From positions 416,001 to 480,000 of the forward strand of contig CAVQBK010000013.1 in assembly GCA_963710755.1 (NCBI GenBank): DNA of 64,000 nucleotides, written 5' to 3'. The position numbers and the translations under genes are program-made. Source of the stretch: an uncultured bacterium. Its GTDB lineage: Bacteria > Oederibacteriota > JAAXVQ01 > JAUVAV01. Below are positions 55,632-64,000 of this stretch, piece after piece. The number at the start of each line of letters is the position of its first letter. Position 1 is the stretch's first letter. The notes beneath the pieces were generated by a model that did not search any database, had not been told where the DNA came from, and saw only the letters and a program-made list of their open reading frames with translations.

Positions 55632-57917
55632 TTATCTTACCCTTCCCAATTTATCATGATTTATTTCCAGGAAAATAGGTTGACGCTCAATCTCTCCCTT
55701 GGGCGTAATAATAGCTCGTCCGGTAATGCCGTTGAAGGCATGCATGGCCAACAGTTGTCGCTGGAAAGCAGAGCGTCGCATTTCCGTAGCCGGCATGGTT
55801 TTTAAAATGGCCGCCACCAGCCACATGGCATCATAGGCTTGGGCTGCCAGAGCCGTAGGCCGGTTGGCGAACATGGTTTGGTAGAGAGAGACAAACTCTT
55901 GGCTGCGGCGGTCGGGTAAATCAGGCCAGAACGCCACGCTAAAGACCGCATGGTCAAGAACATCCCGGCCTTGTCGTAACAGCTCACTGGTCAGCCAGGC
56001 ATCGGAACCAAAAACCGGCACCTTGATCTCATAAAATTCCAACTGGGAGGTAATTAAAATGGCATCGCGCGCAGGGACAGGCAGATAGAGGGCATCCATG
56101 TCTTTGAGATTTTGGCTGGGGGGGGTGCTCTTCACCCATGGTTTTTCCGCGCTGGTAAGGACTCTGCCGCTGTGGGCACTGATCAGGTTCAGCTTGACGT
56201 CAAAGGTTGCGCGTGGACTGTCTTCCCCAGGATTGACCAAGATATCCTGCGGACGCTGAACCACCTCGCCGAGCACCAAGTAATCCACCCCCAGAGCAGC
56301 GCCGGCTTTTTCACTCAAGGTCGTATCGATTTGAAAGGGGGACAATCCGGCCAGACGCAATTTTTTTAAGGTATCGGCCTGCGTCATCACTTCTCCGCCT
56401 TGCATGGGCGCTAAGGCATAGGAAAATTTTTCCGTCATGGTTTTACCCAGCCCCAGCTTGGTGGTCAATTCGCCGGTCTCACGAAAACGAATAATAGCGA
56501 TTTTTTTCTCCGGTTTGGCTGTTTTAGTGACGCCGGCCGCGCTATCCCGACTGGCAGGACTAATAATGTTGTTGAATTGCACGGCCACCTTTCCCATAAG
56601 ACGGTCCAGCGCTTTGCGTTCCCGCAGATCCGCATCCTTAAGTTTACCGGGATCAATGCCGCCTAGGGCCAACATTTGCGTTTTGAAGTCTGTGGCTCCT
56701 TGAGGATAGTTGAGTTGGCCTACAATCTCAGCACCCAGTGCCGTGGCTTTTCGGGCAAAGGCCCGGGCCAGCAGCTGGTCGTACTGGGCTTCACCGCTTA
56801 TAATACCGATACGATGCAGGTTCTTTCTGAGCACCACATATTCCGCCATCGCCGCACCTTGGGTTTCATTGGTCAGCATATAGCGAAACATATAGGGATC
56901 GAGCAACGGCAAGCCTTCCTCTCCGGCCGATGTGGTAATCACCGGAATGGGTTGACGCTTGAGCTCGGGGATAATGCCTTTCACCTCATCGGAAAGGGTT
57001 GGACCGATAATGGCCATCACTTTTTCCACATCCCGCAGGTAGATCAGCCCGGCCACCGCGCCCGCGGTTGTTCCTCGTGAATCAGCCATGATCAGTCCCA
57101 GCTGTTCGTCCGGACGGCGTTGTTGATTAAGCTGTTTGATCGCCACTTCCATGCCCTGTTTGATGGTTTCACCGTAGGGTGCGTAAGGCCCTGTCAGCGG
57201 CACCAGGCACCCGATGCGGTTGCGATTGATGGGAATAATTCTGGTGGCTTTGCTGATCAAATCCTTGGCCATGTTCACAAACCGGCTATTGGGAAAGGTT
57301 TGCATGAATTCTTTGAAAAGCTGAATAGCGACATCAGGCTTGCCCTGGTCCAACTGCCTTTTCCCACTCACAAAAAGCGCCTGTGCGTCCCATTCCGTAC
57401 CCCGGTAACTGGCTCTTACCCGGGCTAATTCCTCCAAGGAGAGGTTGTCATTAATAATTTTTTCAGCCAGTGCAGTGATCGCCTGTTGCGCATCAGCGGC
57501 CGGATATTTTCCCAACAATTTGGCCAGCCAGCTCAGAGCCGCCAAATAACGTTCCTGTTTCACATAGACCCGAGCCAGCATGATACCTGCAGCCGGCGCC
57601 CATTCGGACCGGGGGAAACGGTTGACGGTCAGGGTAAACTGGGTGCTTGCGGTCTTCCAATCCTGGCGATTAAAGGCATCCTGTCCGATCCAATAATGGG
57701 CTTTTCCAGCCTGGGGATCATTGGGATTGATGGCCACCAAAGCCTTATAATTACTGATCACTTTTTGGTCCACCGGCACATAGCCATAATTCAAAACGGT
57801 CATGGGGGATTTATCCAGGTAGCGCGGTGCGCACCCTCCCAGAAACAACAGGCCCGTCCAGAGCCCAAGTCCAGCCAGCGCCAGGGTGGCGGTTTTGGTC
57901 AACGTCATTGCCTTCAT
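55632..57917 (-). CDS. LppC/LpoA-like lipoprotein (TPR/BamD-like repeats plus type I periplasmic-binding domain with insertion)
   Basis: Lipobox LGGC; TPRs; RIGCLVPLTG.Y..YG, AIIGP, AQAYDA and FNGITG. Confidence 0.8.
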   Translation of the reverse strand: MKAMTLTKTATLALAGLGLWTGLLFLGGCAPRYLDKSPMTVLNYGYVPVDQKVISNYKALVAINPNDPQAGKAHYWIGQDAFNRQDWKTASTQFTLTVNRFPRSEWAPAAGIMLARVYVKQERYLAALSWLAKLLGKYPAADAQQAITALAEKIINDNLSLEELARVRASYRGTEWDAQALFVSGKRQLDQGKPDVAIQLFKEFMQTFPNSRFVNMAKDLISKATRIIPINRNRIGCLVPLTGPYAPYGETIKQGMEVAIKQLNQQRRPDEQLGLIMADSRGTTAGAVAGLIYLRDVEKVMAIIGPTLSDEVKGIIPELKRQPIPVITTSAGEEGLPLLDPYMFRYMLTNETQGAAMAEYVVLRKNLHRIGIISGEAQYDQLLARAFARKATALGAEIVGQLNYPQGATDFKTQMLALGGIDPGKLKDADLRERKALDRLMGKVAVQFNNIISPASRDSAAGVTKTAKPEKKIAIIRFRETGELTTKLGLGKTMTEKFSYALAPMQGGEVMTQADTLKKLRLAGLSPFQIDTTLSEKAGAALGVDYLVLGEVVQRPQDILVNPGEDSPRATFDVKLNLISAHSGRVLTSAEKPWVKSTPPSQNLKDMDALYLPVPARDAILITSQLEFYEIKVPVFGSDAWLTSELLRQGRDVLDHAVFSVAFWPDLPDRRSQEFVSLYQTMFANRPTALAAQAYDAMWLVAAILKTMPATEMRRSAFQRQLLAMHAFNGITGRAIITPKGEIERQPIFLEINHDKLGRVR

Positions 57918-58870
57918 TCCGTTTTTTTCACTTCCTTTATTTTCTCCAGAACGATTTCCACCCGACGGTTTAATTGCCGTCCTTCCGGAGAATTATTAGT
58001 CGCCACCGGTCGGTTGGGACCCATGCCGACGGCAGTTAAAATATCCAGGGGAACCCCCTGCTGATTCAAGTAGGTAAGCACACTCTCGGCCCGGGCTTGG
58101 GAGAGTGTGTTGTTGGTTAAAAGATCACCAGTGCTGTCTGTATGTCCTTCGATTTTAACCACATAGCCCGGAAAGTCCTTGAGCACTTTGGCCACTTGAT
58201 CCAAGGCCGCCATCGCGCCCCGCTGGAGTTTGGAGCTGCCTGTATCAAAGAGGACTTTGCCCGATAAATTAATGACCAGGCCGCGCGCTTCCATTTTCAC
58301 CTGGGCATCCTTGATTTTTTGGGCTTCCGCTAAAAGACGGGCTTCTCTTTCTTTTTGTTCCTTTAAAAGGCGCTCCGCTTCAGCCCGTTTCCGCGCTTCT
58401 TCCTCGGCTTTCTGGGCCTCTGCTGCTGCCTTGTCTTCAGCTGCCTTTTTCTCAACCGCTGATTGCTGTAATTGCTGAACCGCAGCTTTCAAAGCAGCTT
58501 CTTTCTGGGTCAGGGCCATGAGCATGCTCTGTTGGGCAATAAGGGCCTGCTGGACCTGCTCATATTCCTGCTGGGCGGTAATCCGCCGTGCATCGGCTTC
58601 GGCAATCATGGCGTCAGCCTTGGCTTCAAAAGCCACTTCCTCCACGGTGCCGATGCTTTGTTCCGCGGCAAAGGCTGATTCCGCCTGGGCTAACAGTCGC
58701 TGGGCTAATTGAAATTCCTGCGGCACCAGCATCGGCGCTTGTGCTTTTTGGGCCATCCCCAGAGCTGCCCGGGCTTCAATCAGCGCCTGCGGCACCACGA
58801 TGGGTACGGTGGCGCACCCCGCGGCCAATAATCCCGCACCAGCGACTATCAGCATGAGCATCCGTTTCAT
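57914..58870 (-). CDS. DUF4398 + OmpA-like peptidoglycan-binding lipoprotein
   Basis: Lipobox AAGC; VLFDTG, EGHTD, LSQARAESV and NRRVEI. Confidence 0.9.
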   Translation of the reverse strand: MKRMLMLIVAGAGLLAAGCATVPIVVPQALIEARAALGMAQKAQAPMLVPQEFQLAQRLLAQAESAFAAEQSIGTVEEVAFEAKADAMIAEADARRITAQQEYEQVQQALIAQQSMLMALTQKEAALKAAVQQLQQSAVEKKAAEDKAAAEAQKAEEEARKRAEAERLLKEQKEREARLLAEAQKIKDAQVKMEARGLVINLSGKVLFDTGSSKLQRGAMAALDQVAKVLKDFPGYVVKIEGHTDSTGDLLTNNTLSQARAESVLTYLNQQGVPLDILTAVGMGPNRPVATNNSPEGRQLNRRVEIVLEKIKEVKKTE

Positions 58871-59337
58871 GGCTGCACCTCCTGGCCGGCTGTGGCCGTA
58901 GCCTTAGGCCCGGGCACAGGGGTGGTTTGGGCTGCTGTAACCGCAGCGGACCCTGCTTGGGCACCACTGCCCATCAAAGCCTGGTTTTGGGTTTGCACCT
59001 TCTCCAGCTGGGCTTTAAGGTCCTCAAGCTTTTGTTCGCTTTTTTTGTATTCTGTTTGAGCTCGCGCCACTTTGGCGTAGATCGTGGCTTTCTTGGCAAA
59101 TTCAAAGGCGCGCTCGAAAGCTTTGTTGGCATAAGCATCATTGGCAATGGCCAAGGCATCCTGGGCATAGCGCAAATGCTCATTGGCGAACGTTTTGGCA
59201 TCCGCCTTCTCTGCTGATTCTACGGCCACGCGGGCATTGGTTAATTGTTCCACCGTGGCCCGGGTGTCCATGGCCGCGCACCCCGTCATGGCCACCAGAC
59301 CGAGAAACGCCGTGATTTTGATGATGTCTTTAAGCAT
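58867..59337 (-). CDS. DUF4398-family lipoprotein
   Basis: Lipobox MTGC; ARVAVESAEKADAKTFA...; typical partner of the adjacent OmpA gene. Confidence 0.8.
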   Translation of the reverse strand: MLKDIIKITAFLGLVAMTGCAAMDTRATVEQLTNARVAVESAEKADAKTFANEHLRYAQDALAIANDAYANKAFERAFEFAKKATIYAKVARAQTEYKKSEQKLEDLKAQLEKVQTQNQALMGSGAQAGSAAVTAAQTTPVPGPKATATAGQEVQP

Positions 59338-59568
59338 AGGTCCTCCTAAACCGCCAAAGCCGAAAATAAATGCCATTTCTCACATCAAACCGTTAAGCAA
59401 AAATTAAACCCATCTAAGATTAACCCATTATTTTATTTCAGTTTCTTTTGCTCTCCTTGGCACCTTTGCTGGGACATGTTTTTAAATGGTTTTCTCAGGC
59501 CAAGCTCGCAAAGCTGCTCAAGGGTTTTGTCCGCCATAGTCTCTTATCCCGGAATTTACTGTAACAGG

Positions 59569-60762
59569 TTAAGCAGATTTTCGACGCCCCACAATTCTAA
59601 CGGTTTCCTGAGCAATCATCAACTCTTCATTGGTGGGGATAACAAGGATTTTAATTTTGGAGCCTTTGGCGTGAATGGCCATTTTTTGGCCAACGGCAGC
59701 TTTGTTTTTTTTCGCATCCACACGCAGGCCCAGGCCTTCCAATCCCCGGCAGATGCGTTCCCGCAGCACCGGGCTTTTCTCCCCGATGCCAGCGGTAAAC
59801 ACCAGGGCCTGGGCGCCGCCGACAACAGCATGATAGGCTCCGATAAATTTTTGAATGGAATAGACAAAGACGTCGATAGCCAAGCGTGCCCGCCGATCGC
59901 CTTCCTTGGCTTTGGTCATAATTTCACGCATGTCATTGGAGATGCCCGAAAGGCCAAGCACACCGCTTTTTTTATTGAGCAGTTCATCCACCTGATGGGT
60001 TCCGAGGTTTTCCTTTTCCATAAGAAAGGGCACGATCGCCGGATCAATGTCGCCGCAGCGCGTACCCATAACCACCCCGGCCAACGGCGTCAAGCCCATG
60101 GACGTGTCCAGGCAGCGTCCGCGGCGCACGGCTGCAATGGATGAGCCGTTGCCCAAATGAAGCGTAATGATATTGGTCCGGGCCAGTTTTTGCTTTAATA
60201 GTTTGGCCGCTTCCAGGGTAACATACTTGTGGGAGGAGCCATGAAACCCATACTTGCGGATGCTGTATTTTTCGCTCAACTTGTGGGGCAAGGCATAAGT
60301 AAAGGCATGAGCCGGCATGGTCTGGTGAAAGGCCGTGTCAAAAACCGCCACTTGCGGGGTCTTGGGCAGCATTTTAATGCAGGCTTCAATTCCCACATAA
60401 CTGGCTTGGTGCAGAGGTGCCAGGGCCCTGCCGATTTTATTATTGAGCACATCCCGATTGACCAAAGTGGCGTCCTTGAATTGTGGACCGCCGTGGACAA
60501 CACGATGGCCCACGGCCACAATTTTTTCCGGTGAAGACACCAGCTGATCTTGAACCAGCCCGTTCATCATTTCCTTGATGGCCTGGGCATGATTAGACAG
60601 TTCAAGAGATTTAGCTTCCTGTTTTTGTCCTTGAAGCACGCGTGTATAAAGCGAACGGCCGCTGCCGATTTTTTCAAACAGCCCGCTGCCCAGTTCGGAT
60701 TGGTCTTGAAAAAGGCTGTATTTGAGTGATGAACTTCCGCAATTAACCACCAAAATAATCAC
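59569..60762 (-). CDS. ackA: Acetate kinase
   Basis: NCGSSSLK, GHRVVHGG, FDTAFH, YGFHG.SH, HLGNGSS and PTNEE; GTG start after GGAGG. Confidence 0.97.
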   Translation of the reverse strand: MIILVVNCGSSSLKYSLFQDQSELGSGLFEKIGSGRSLYTRVLQGQKQEAKSLELSNHAQAIKEMMNGLVQDQLVSSPEKIVAVGHRVVHGGPQFKDATLVNRDVLNNKIGRALAPLHQASYVGIEACIKMLPKTPQVAVFDTAFHQTMPAHAFTYALPHKLSEKYSIRKYGFHGSSHKYVTLEAAKLLKQKLARTNIITLHLGNGSSIAAVRRGRCLDTSMGLTPLAGVVMGTRCGDIDPAIVPFLMEKENLGTHQVDELLNKKSGVLGLSGISNDMREIMTKAKEGDRRARLAIDVFVYSIQKFIGAYHAVVGGAQALVFTAGIGEKSPVLRERICRGLEGLGLRVDAKKNKAAVGQKMAIHAKGSKIKILVIPTNEELMIAQETVRIVGRRKSA

Positions 60763-60845
60763 TGCATTGTCCTCCGTAAAAAAAAATCCAAGCACCACGA
60801 GGCCGAGATAGCTTGGGCGCTTGGATCAGGCTTGAGTCCCCGGTC

Positions 60846-61961
60846 TTAGAAATAAAGAATGGCTCTGAGAAGAATTAAAAAGCCCTTACCTTCATTTTCA
60901 GCTAATTTTAAATTTTTCTTGGCATGGGCATAATCCTGGTTGAGTGCCAGGGCGGTTTTAAATTCCTTAATGGCCCGGGTGAATAAAAAGCGGCATTGGA
61001 CCAGATAGGCCACGCCCAAATCATTATGGATATCCACGTAATGTGGATTTTTTTCCAGGATATCTTCCAACTTGCTGATGTATTTCTCCGTGGATTTCCG
61101 GTCCACCCCTTCATCACCGTATTTCAGGCGCAGGTAAAATTCATAATAAATCTCCGTGCCGTTCTGGAAAAGAATGGCGCTTTTCGTTTCCTGCAAGGCC
61201 TGCTTGGTCTCTTTAAACTGACCCTTAGCCAGGTACGTCTGAGCGACTTTGAAGTATTCATTATTGAGGTAGACATTGTACTCCACGGCCTGTTTGAGAT
61301 GATCGGCGATGGCTTGCTTGACCGTATCGTCGGCGCCGTCTTGGGCACTGGCCTGGCTTACCAGGCAGTGGGCCAGATTGAAATGGGCTATAGCGTATCT
61401 GGGGTTGAATTCAATCGCTTTCTCAAATTCCTGCAGGGCCTGGACAAACTGGTCCTTGTTCATCAAGGCCACCCCGAAGTTATTGCGCACATCAGGATAA
61501 TTCGGTTTCAAGGTCACAGCTTTCTGATAAATGGCCAAAGCTTCGTCAAATTGATTTTCCTGCATATGAGCCAAGCCCAGATGATTCATCATGGGCACAT
61601 AATCGGGTTGCAGGACCAAGGCACGTTTCAATTCGGCAATGGCCTCTTTGCCCATGCCATTGTTAAGAAAAACTTGGCCTAATTTATGATTGGAATCCGC
61701 TTCCGGTTTGCTCTGCAATTTGGCGGAAATTTTCATTAATTCCTGGAGCGTATTGACCCGTTGCTCATGCTCATCCTTGACCAGGGTTTTTAATTCCTCC
61801 TCGGATATCTTTTCGTCATAGGGAATTTCCTGGGTATTAAGCACGCGGTCCTGATCATTGATATTAACGACAATTTTCCGGATGGAATCAAAATTCATGG
61901 TCCGGACATTGTAGTCATGCTCATTACCGTGAATCGTGGTGGTATGGTTAAATCCGCTCAA
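60846..61961 (-). CDS. TPR-repeat protein with an uncharacterised N-terminal domain
   Basis: Multiple TPRs (PNYPDVRNNFG, PHYVDIHNDLG); co-oriented with the STAS and PP2C genes. Confidence 0.8.
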   Translation of the reverse strand: MSGFNHTTTIHGNEHDYNVRTMNFDSIRKIVVNINDQDRVLNTQEIPYDEKISEEELKTLVKDEHEQRVNTLQELMKISAKLQSKPEADSNHKLGQVFLNNGMGKEAIAELKRALVLQPDYVPMMNHLGLAHMQENQFDEALAIYQKAVTLKPNYPDVRNNFGVALMNKDQFVQALQEFEKAIEFNPRYAIAHFNLAHCLVSQASAQDGADDTVKQAIADHLKQAVEYNVYLNNEYFKVAQTYLAKGQFKETKQALQETKSAILFQNGTEIYYEFYLRLKYGDEGVDRKSTEKYISKLEDILEKNPHYVDIHNDLGVAYLVQCRFLFTRAIKEFKTALALNQDYAHAKKNLKLAENEGKGFLILLRAILYF

Positions 61962-61978
61962 CAGTCGATTCCTCCAGT

Positions 61979-62731
61979 TTATATCCCTCGGGCAAAGCGA
62001 TAACGGGCATTTTTAGATGAAAGTTTGCTGAATTTGAGTTCGCTGCGGACTTCTCCCCAGCTGACTTTGGGTTGTCTTCCCCGGGTACGGTTGAGTTCAT
62101 TTTTTATACTCCAGGCTCCCCAATCGGGATGCGCGCGTACCACGCTTTTGATTCGCTCAATCAGGGAAACCAATGTTGCCGTTTGCTTAACAGGGGCCGG
62201 TTCCGCCGGAGCAGATGGGACCGGATCAGCGGCAGGCGTGGGTGCGGCCTGTGCCGGTGCAGCAGACGTTGGAGCCGGCCGCGTTGACGCAGGTTTGGAA
62301 GCAGCGGGCCGCGGCGCGGGCGGTGCCGCTTTGGCCGGCGCTGATGCTTTTCCCGAAGAGCTTGCCGGACCAGGGGTGCCGGTGAATAAACTTAACGCTT
62401 CTTCAATCGAAGGTGAAGAGTTGAGAATCGTGGAAAATTCCAGCAATTCATATACTTCATTGACACTGTCAGACATATTGGCCAGTTTGAGGTCACCATG
62501 CTGGAGACGGATGTTTTTGATTTCTGAAATGAAAATACCCCAGCCGGCGGAACTGATATAATCCACACTTTTAAGATCAATAATAATCTTGAATTGTTGC
62601 TCTCTCAGTAGATTTTGCAGAACCCTTTCCAACTCACTGGAGGTGGTGGTATCAATATAGCCCGTAATTTTTACCAGGGCAATATCCTGATCCGGTCCCA
62701 TCTGGTTGACATTGATTTGAATACCTTCCAT
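61979..62731 (-). CDS. STAS anti-sigma-factor antagonist with Pro/Ala linker and C-terminal HTH-like domain
   Basis: GYIDTTT, VDYISSAGWG and GDLKL motifs; tail HPDWGAWSIKNEL. Confidence 0.85.
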   Translation of the reverse strand: MEGIQINVNQMGPDQDIALVKITGYIDTTTSSELERVLQNLLREQQFKIIIDLKSVDYISSAGWGIFISEIKNIRLQHGDLKLANMSDSVNEVYELLEFSTILNSSPSIEEALSLFTGTPGPASSSGKASAPAKAAPPAPRPAASKPASTRPAPTSAAPAQAAPTPAADPVPSAPAEPAPVKQTATLVSLIERIKSVVRAHPDWGAWSIKNELNRTRGRQPKVSWGEVRSELKFSKLSSKNARYRFARGI

Positions 62732-62822
62732 TATGTAACACCCTTTCCTGTTACGTGGATTGGTCAGGGTCAACCCTATAATTGCGAATTGGCCTTGAAA
62801 ATGTTATCACAGCAAAAGAGAC

Positions 62823-64000
62823 CTAGTCAACTTTCTTCTTGGCAGCAAATACTTCGCGGGCTTCCCGCGTGGTGAGCCGCAGCCGTTTTAATTCATGGTA
62901 GACCATTTTCTCGTTGATCTCACTGCGAGGATTGTCCTGCTTCAACTCCTCCATTATGCGTGTAACTCCATAATCGGGATAATGGACCACAATATGAAGT
63001 AATTTTTTCTGTTCTTCCAAAGGAATTTGTTGAAGCTGTTCGTCCTTGCGCACACTGGGCGCCCGCAAGGCTTTCACCCCTTTTTCGTCCTTGATTCGCT
63101 TAAGTCGGTAATAAGTGGAAGGGGAGACATTCATGGCCTTACACGCTGTCCTTACCGGCACGCCCTGACGTTCCACCAGGTAGAAAAGTTTGCGACGAAT
63201 TTCGAACTGGACGTCTTCCACCATCATCTGTTCTTTAACGGCCACAAAAGTGATGTCATCGTTTTGGGGATAGTCCCGGGTAAACTCGACAATAGCTTGA
63301 TCGAATTTGGCCACGAATTCTTCCACCGAAAGCCGGTGGTTCTCCCTCACAAAGGCCACCAGCCGGTCCTCCCCAAATTGTTCCCTCTCCGGGTTCATGG
63401 CTTCCGTGATCCCGTCTGTATACAGCAGCATCAGATCACCTTTTTTTAATTTGACTGATTCCTGGGTCAGGGATTTACCGAACAAGTCGGGATTGGGCAG
63501 ATCAATACCCAGCGGGAACCCGCGTGGTTTGAGGAAGTAGACCTGATCCGTGTCTCCCCGATAAAGAATCATGGGGTTGTGACCAGCGCTGGAAAAGTTT
63601 ATCTCCCGGCGGCGGGCATCGAGAACAATATAAAACATGGTGACGAACATGCCTTTTTTCATATCCCTGGTAACAAAGGAATTGACCTTGTCCATGACGT
63701 CGGTGGCTGAAAAGTTACTCCGTGCTTCCAGGCGCAGGGCGGTGCGAATCATAGTCATAACCAGAGAGCCGGGTATGCCTTTGCCGGAAACGTCGGCAAT
63801 GGCAATGCCCAGCACATTTTCATCCACCCAAACATAGTCAAAATAATCCCCGCCCACTTCCTTGGCACTGCGGTACATACTAGCCAGGTCATAGCCTTGG
63901 ATTTTGGGCGTTTCCCGAGGTAAGAGGGTATGCTGGATTTCCTGGGCTACCTGCATTTCCTGCTGGATTCTTTCCTGCTCCAGCAGATTTTTCTGGGCCA
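62823..64000 (-). CDS. SpoIIE/RsbU-type PP2C phosphatase with C-terminal transposase-like HTH (5' end outside the window)
   Basis: EVGGDYFD, IADVSGKG, SAGHNP, YTDGITEA and NDDIT; tail ACKAMNVSPSTYYR...HYPDYGVTRI. Confidence 0.9.
   Translation of the reverse strand, partial: AQKNLLEQERIQQEMQVAQEIQHTLLPRETPKIQGYDLASMYRSAKEVGGDYFDYVWVDENVLGIAIADVSGKGIPGSLVMTMIRTALRLEARSNFSATDVMDKVNSFVTRDMKKGMFVTMFYIVLDARRREINFSSAGHNPMILYRGDTDQVYFLKPRGFPLGIDLPNPDLFGKSLTQESVKLKKGDLMLLYTDGITEAMNPEREQFGEDRLVAFVRENHRLSVEEFVAKFDQAIVEFTRDYPQNDDITFVAVKEQMMVEDVQFEIRRKLFYLVERQGVPVRTACKAMNVSPSTYYRLKRIKDEKGVKALRAPSVRKDEQLQQIPLEEQKKLLHIVVHYPDYGVTRIMEELKQDNPRSEINEKMVYHELKRLRLTTREAREVFAAKKKVD

Noticed and set aside
59476-61682. 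222-aa and 228-aa plus-strand ORFs
   Set aside because: Antisense to ackA and the TPR gene, with no recognisable domains.
62823-63200. Active IS element
   Set aside because: Only an HTH fused in frame to the phosphatase; no DDE domain or terminal inverted repeats are seen.

Overview
Chromosomal window from a diderm bacterium (OmpA, lipoproteins, beta-barrels) that also carries spoVG. The PorV-like/FlgD-Ig pair, Thr-rich proteins and a giant modular protein suggest an uncultured Elusimicrobia/FCPU426/Omnitrophota-like lineage (low-confidence inference). Nearly all genes lie on the minus strand. Housekeeping genes: glyA, rpiB, surE, pth-rplY-prs-glmU-tRNA-Gln-spoVG-ispE, rluD, lspA-ileS, hisS, ackA and tRNA-Val. 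The accessory region at 1.7-25 kb is rich in second-messenger modules: an adenylate cyclase paired with a degenerate (QN instead of HD) HD-GYP protein that shares its sensor, an MshEN c-di-GMP-receptor protein with a 14x63-bp tandem repeat, and an 11.6-kb gene for a 3877-aa membrane-threaded protein. That protein appears to combine three protease-like modules (TraB/TIKI/ChaN-like, HExxH, CPBP-like) with GGDEF-like and RelA/SpoT-like modules. Also present: an MrfA-MrfB-like helicase-exonuclease fusion, a partner-switching module with transposase-type HTH tails, dispersed REP-like palindromes and a perfectly palindromic bidirectional promoter. All domain calls come from motif recognition by eye; no searches were run.
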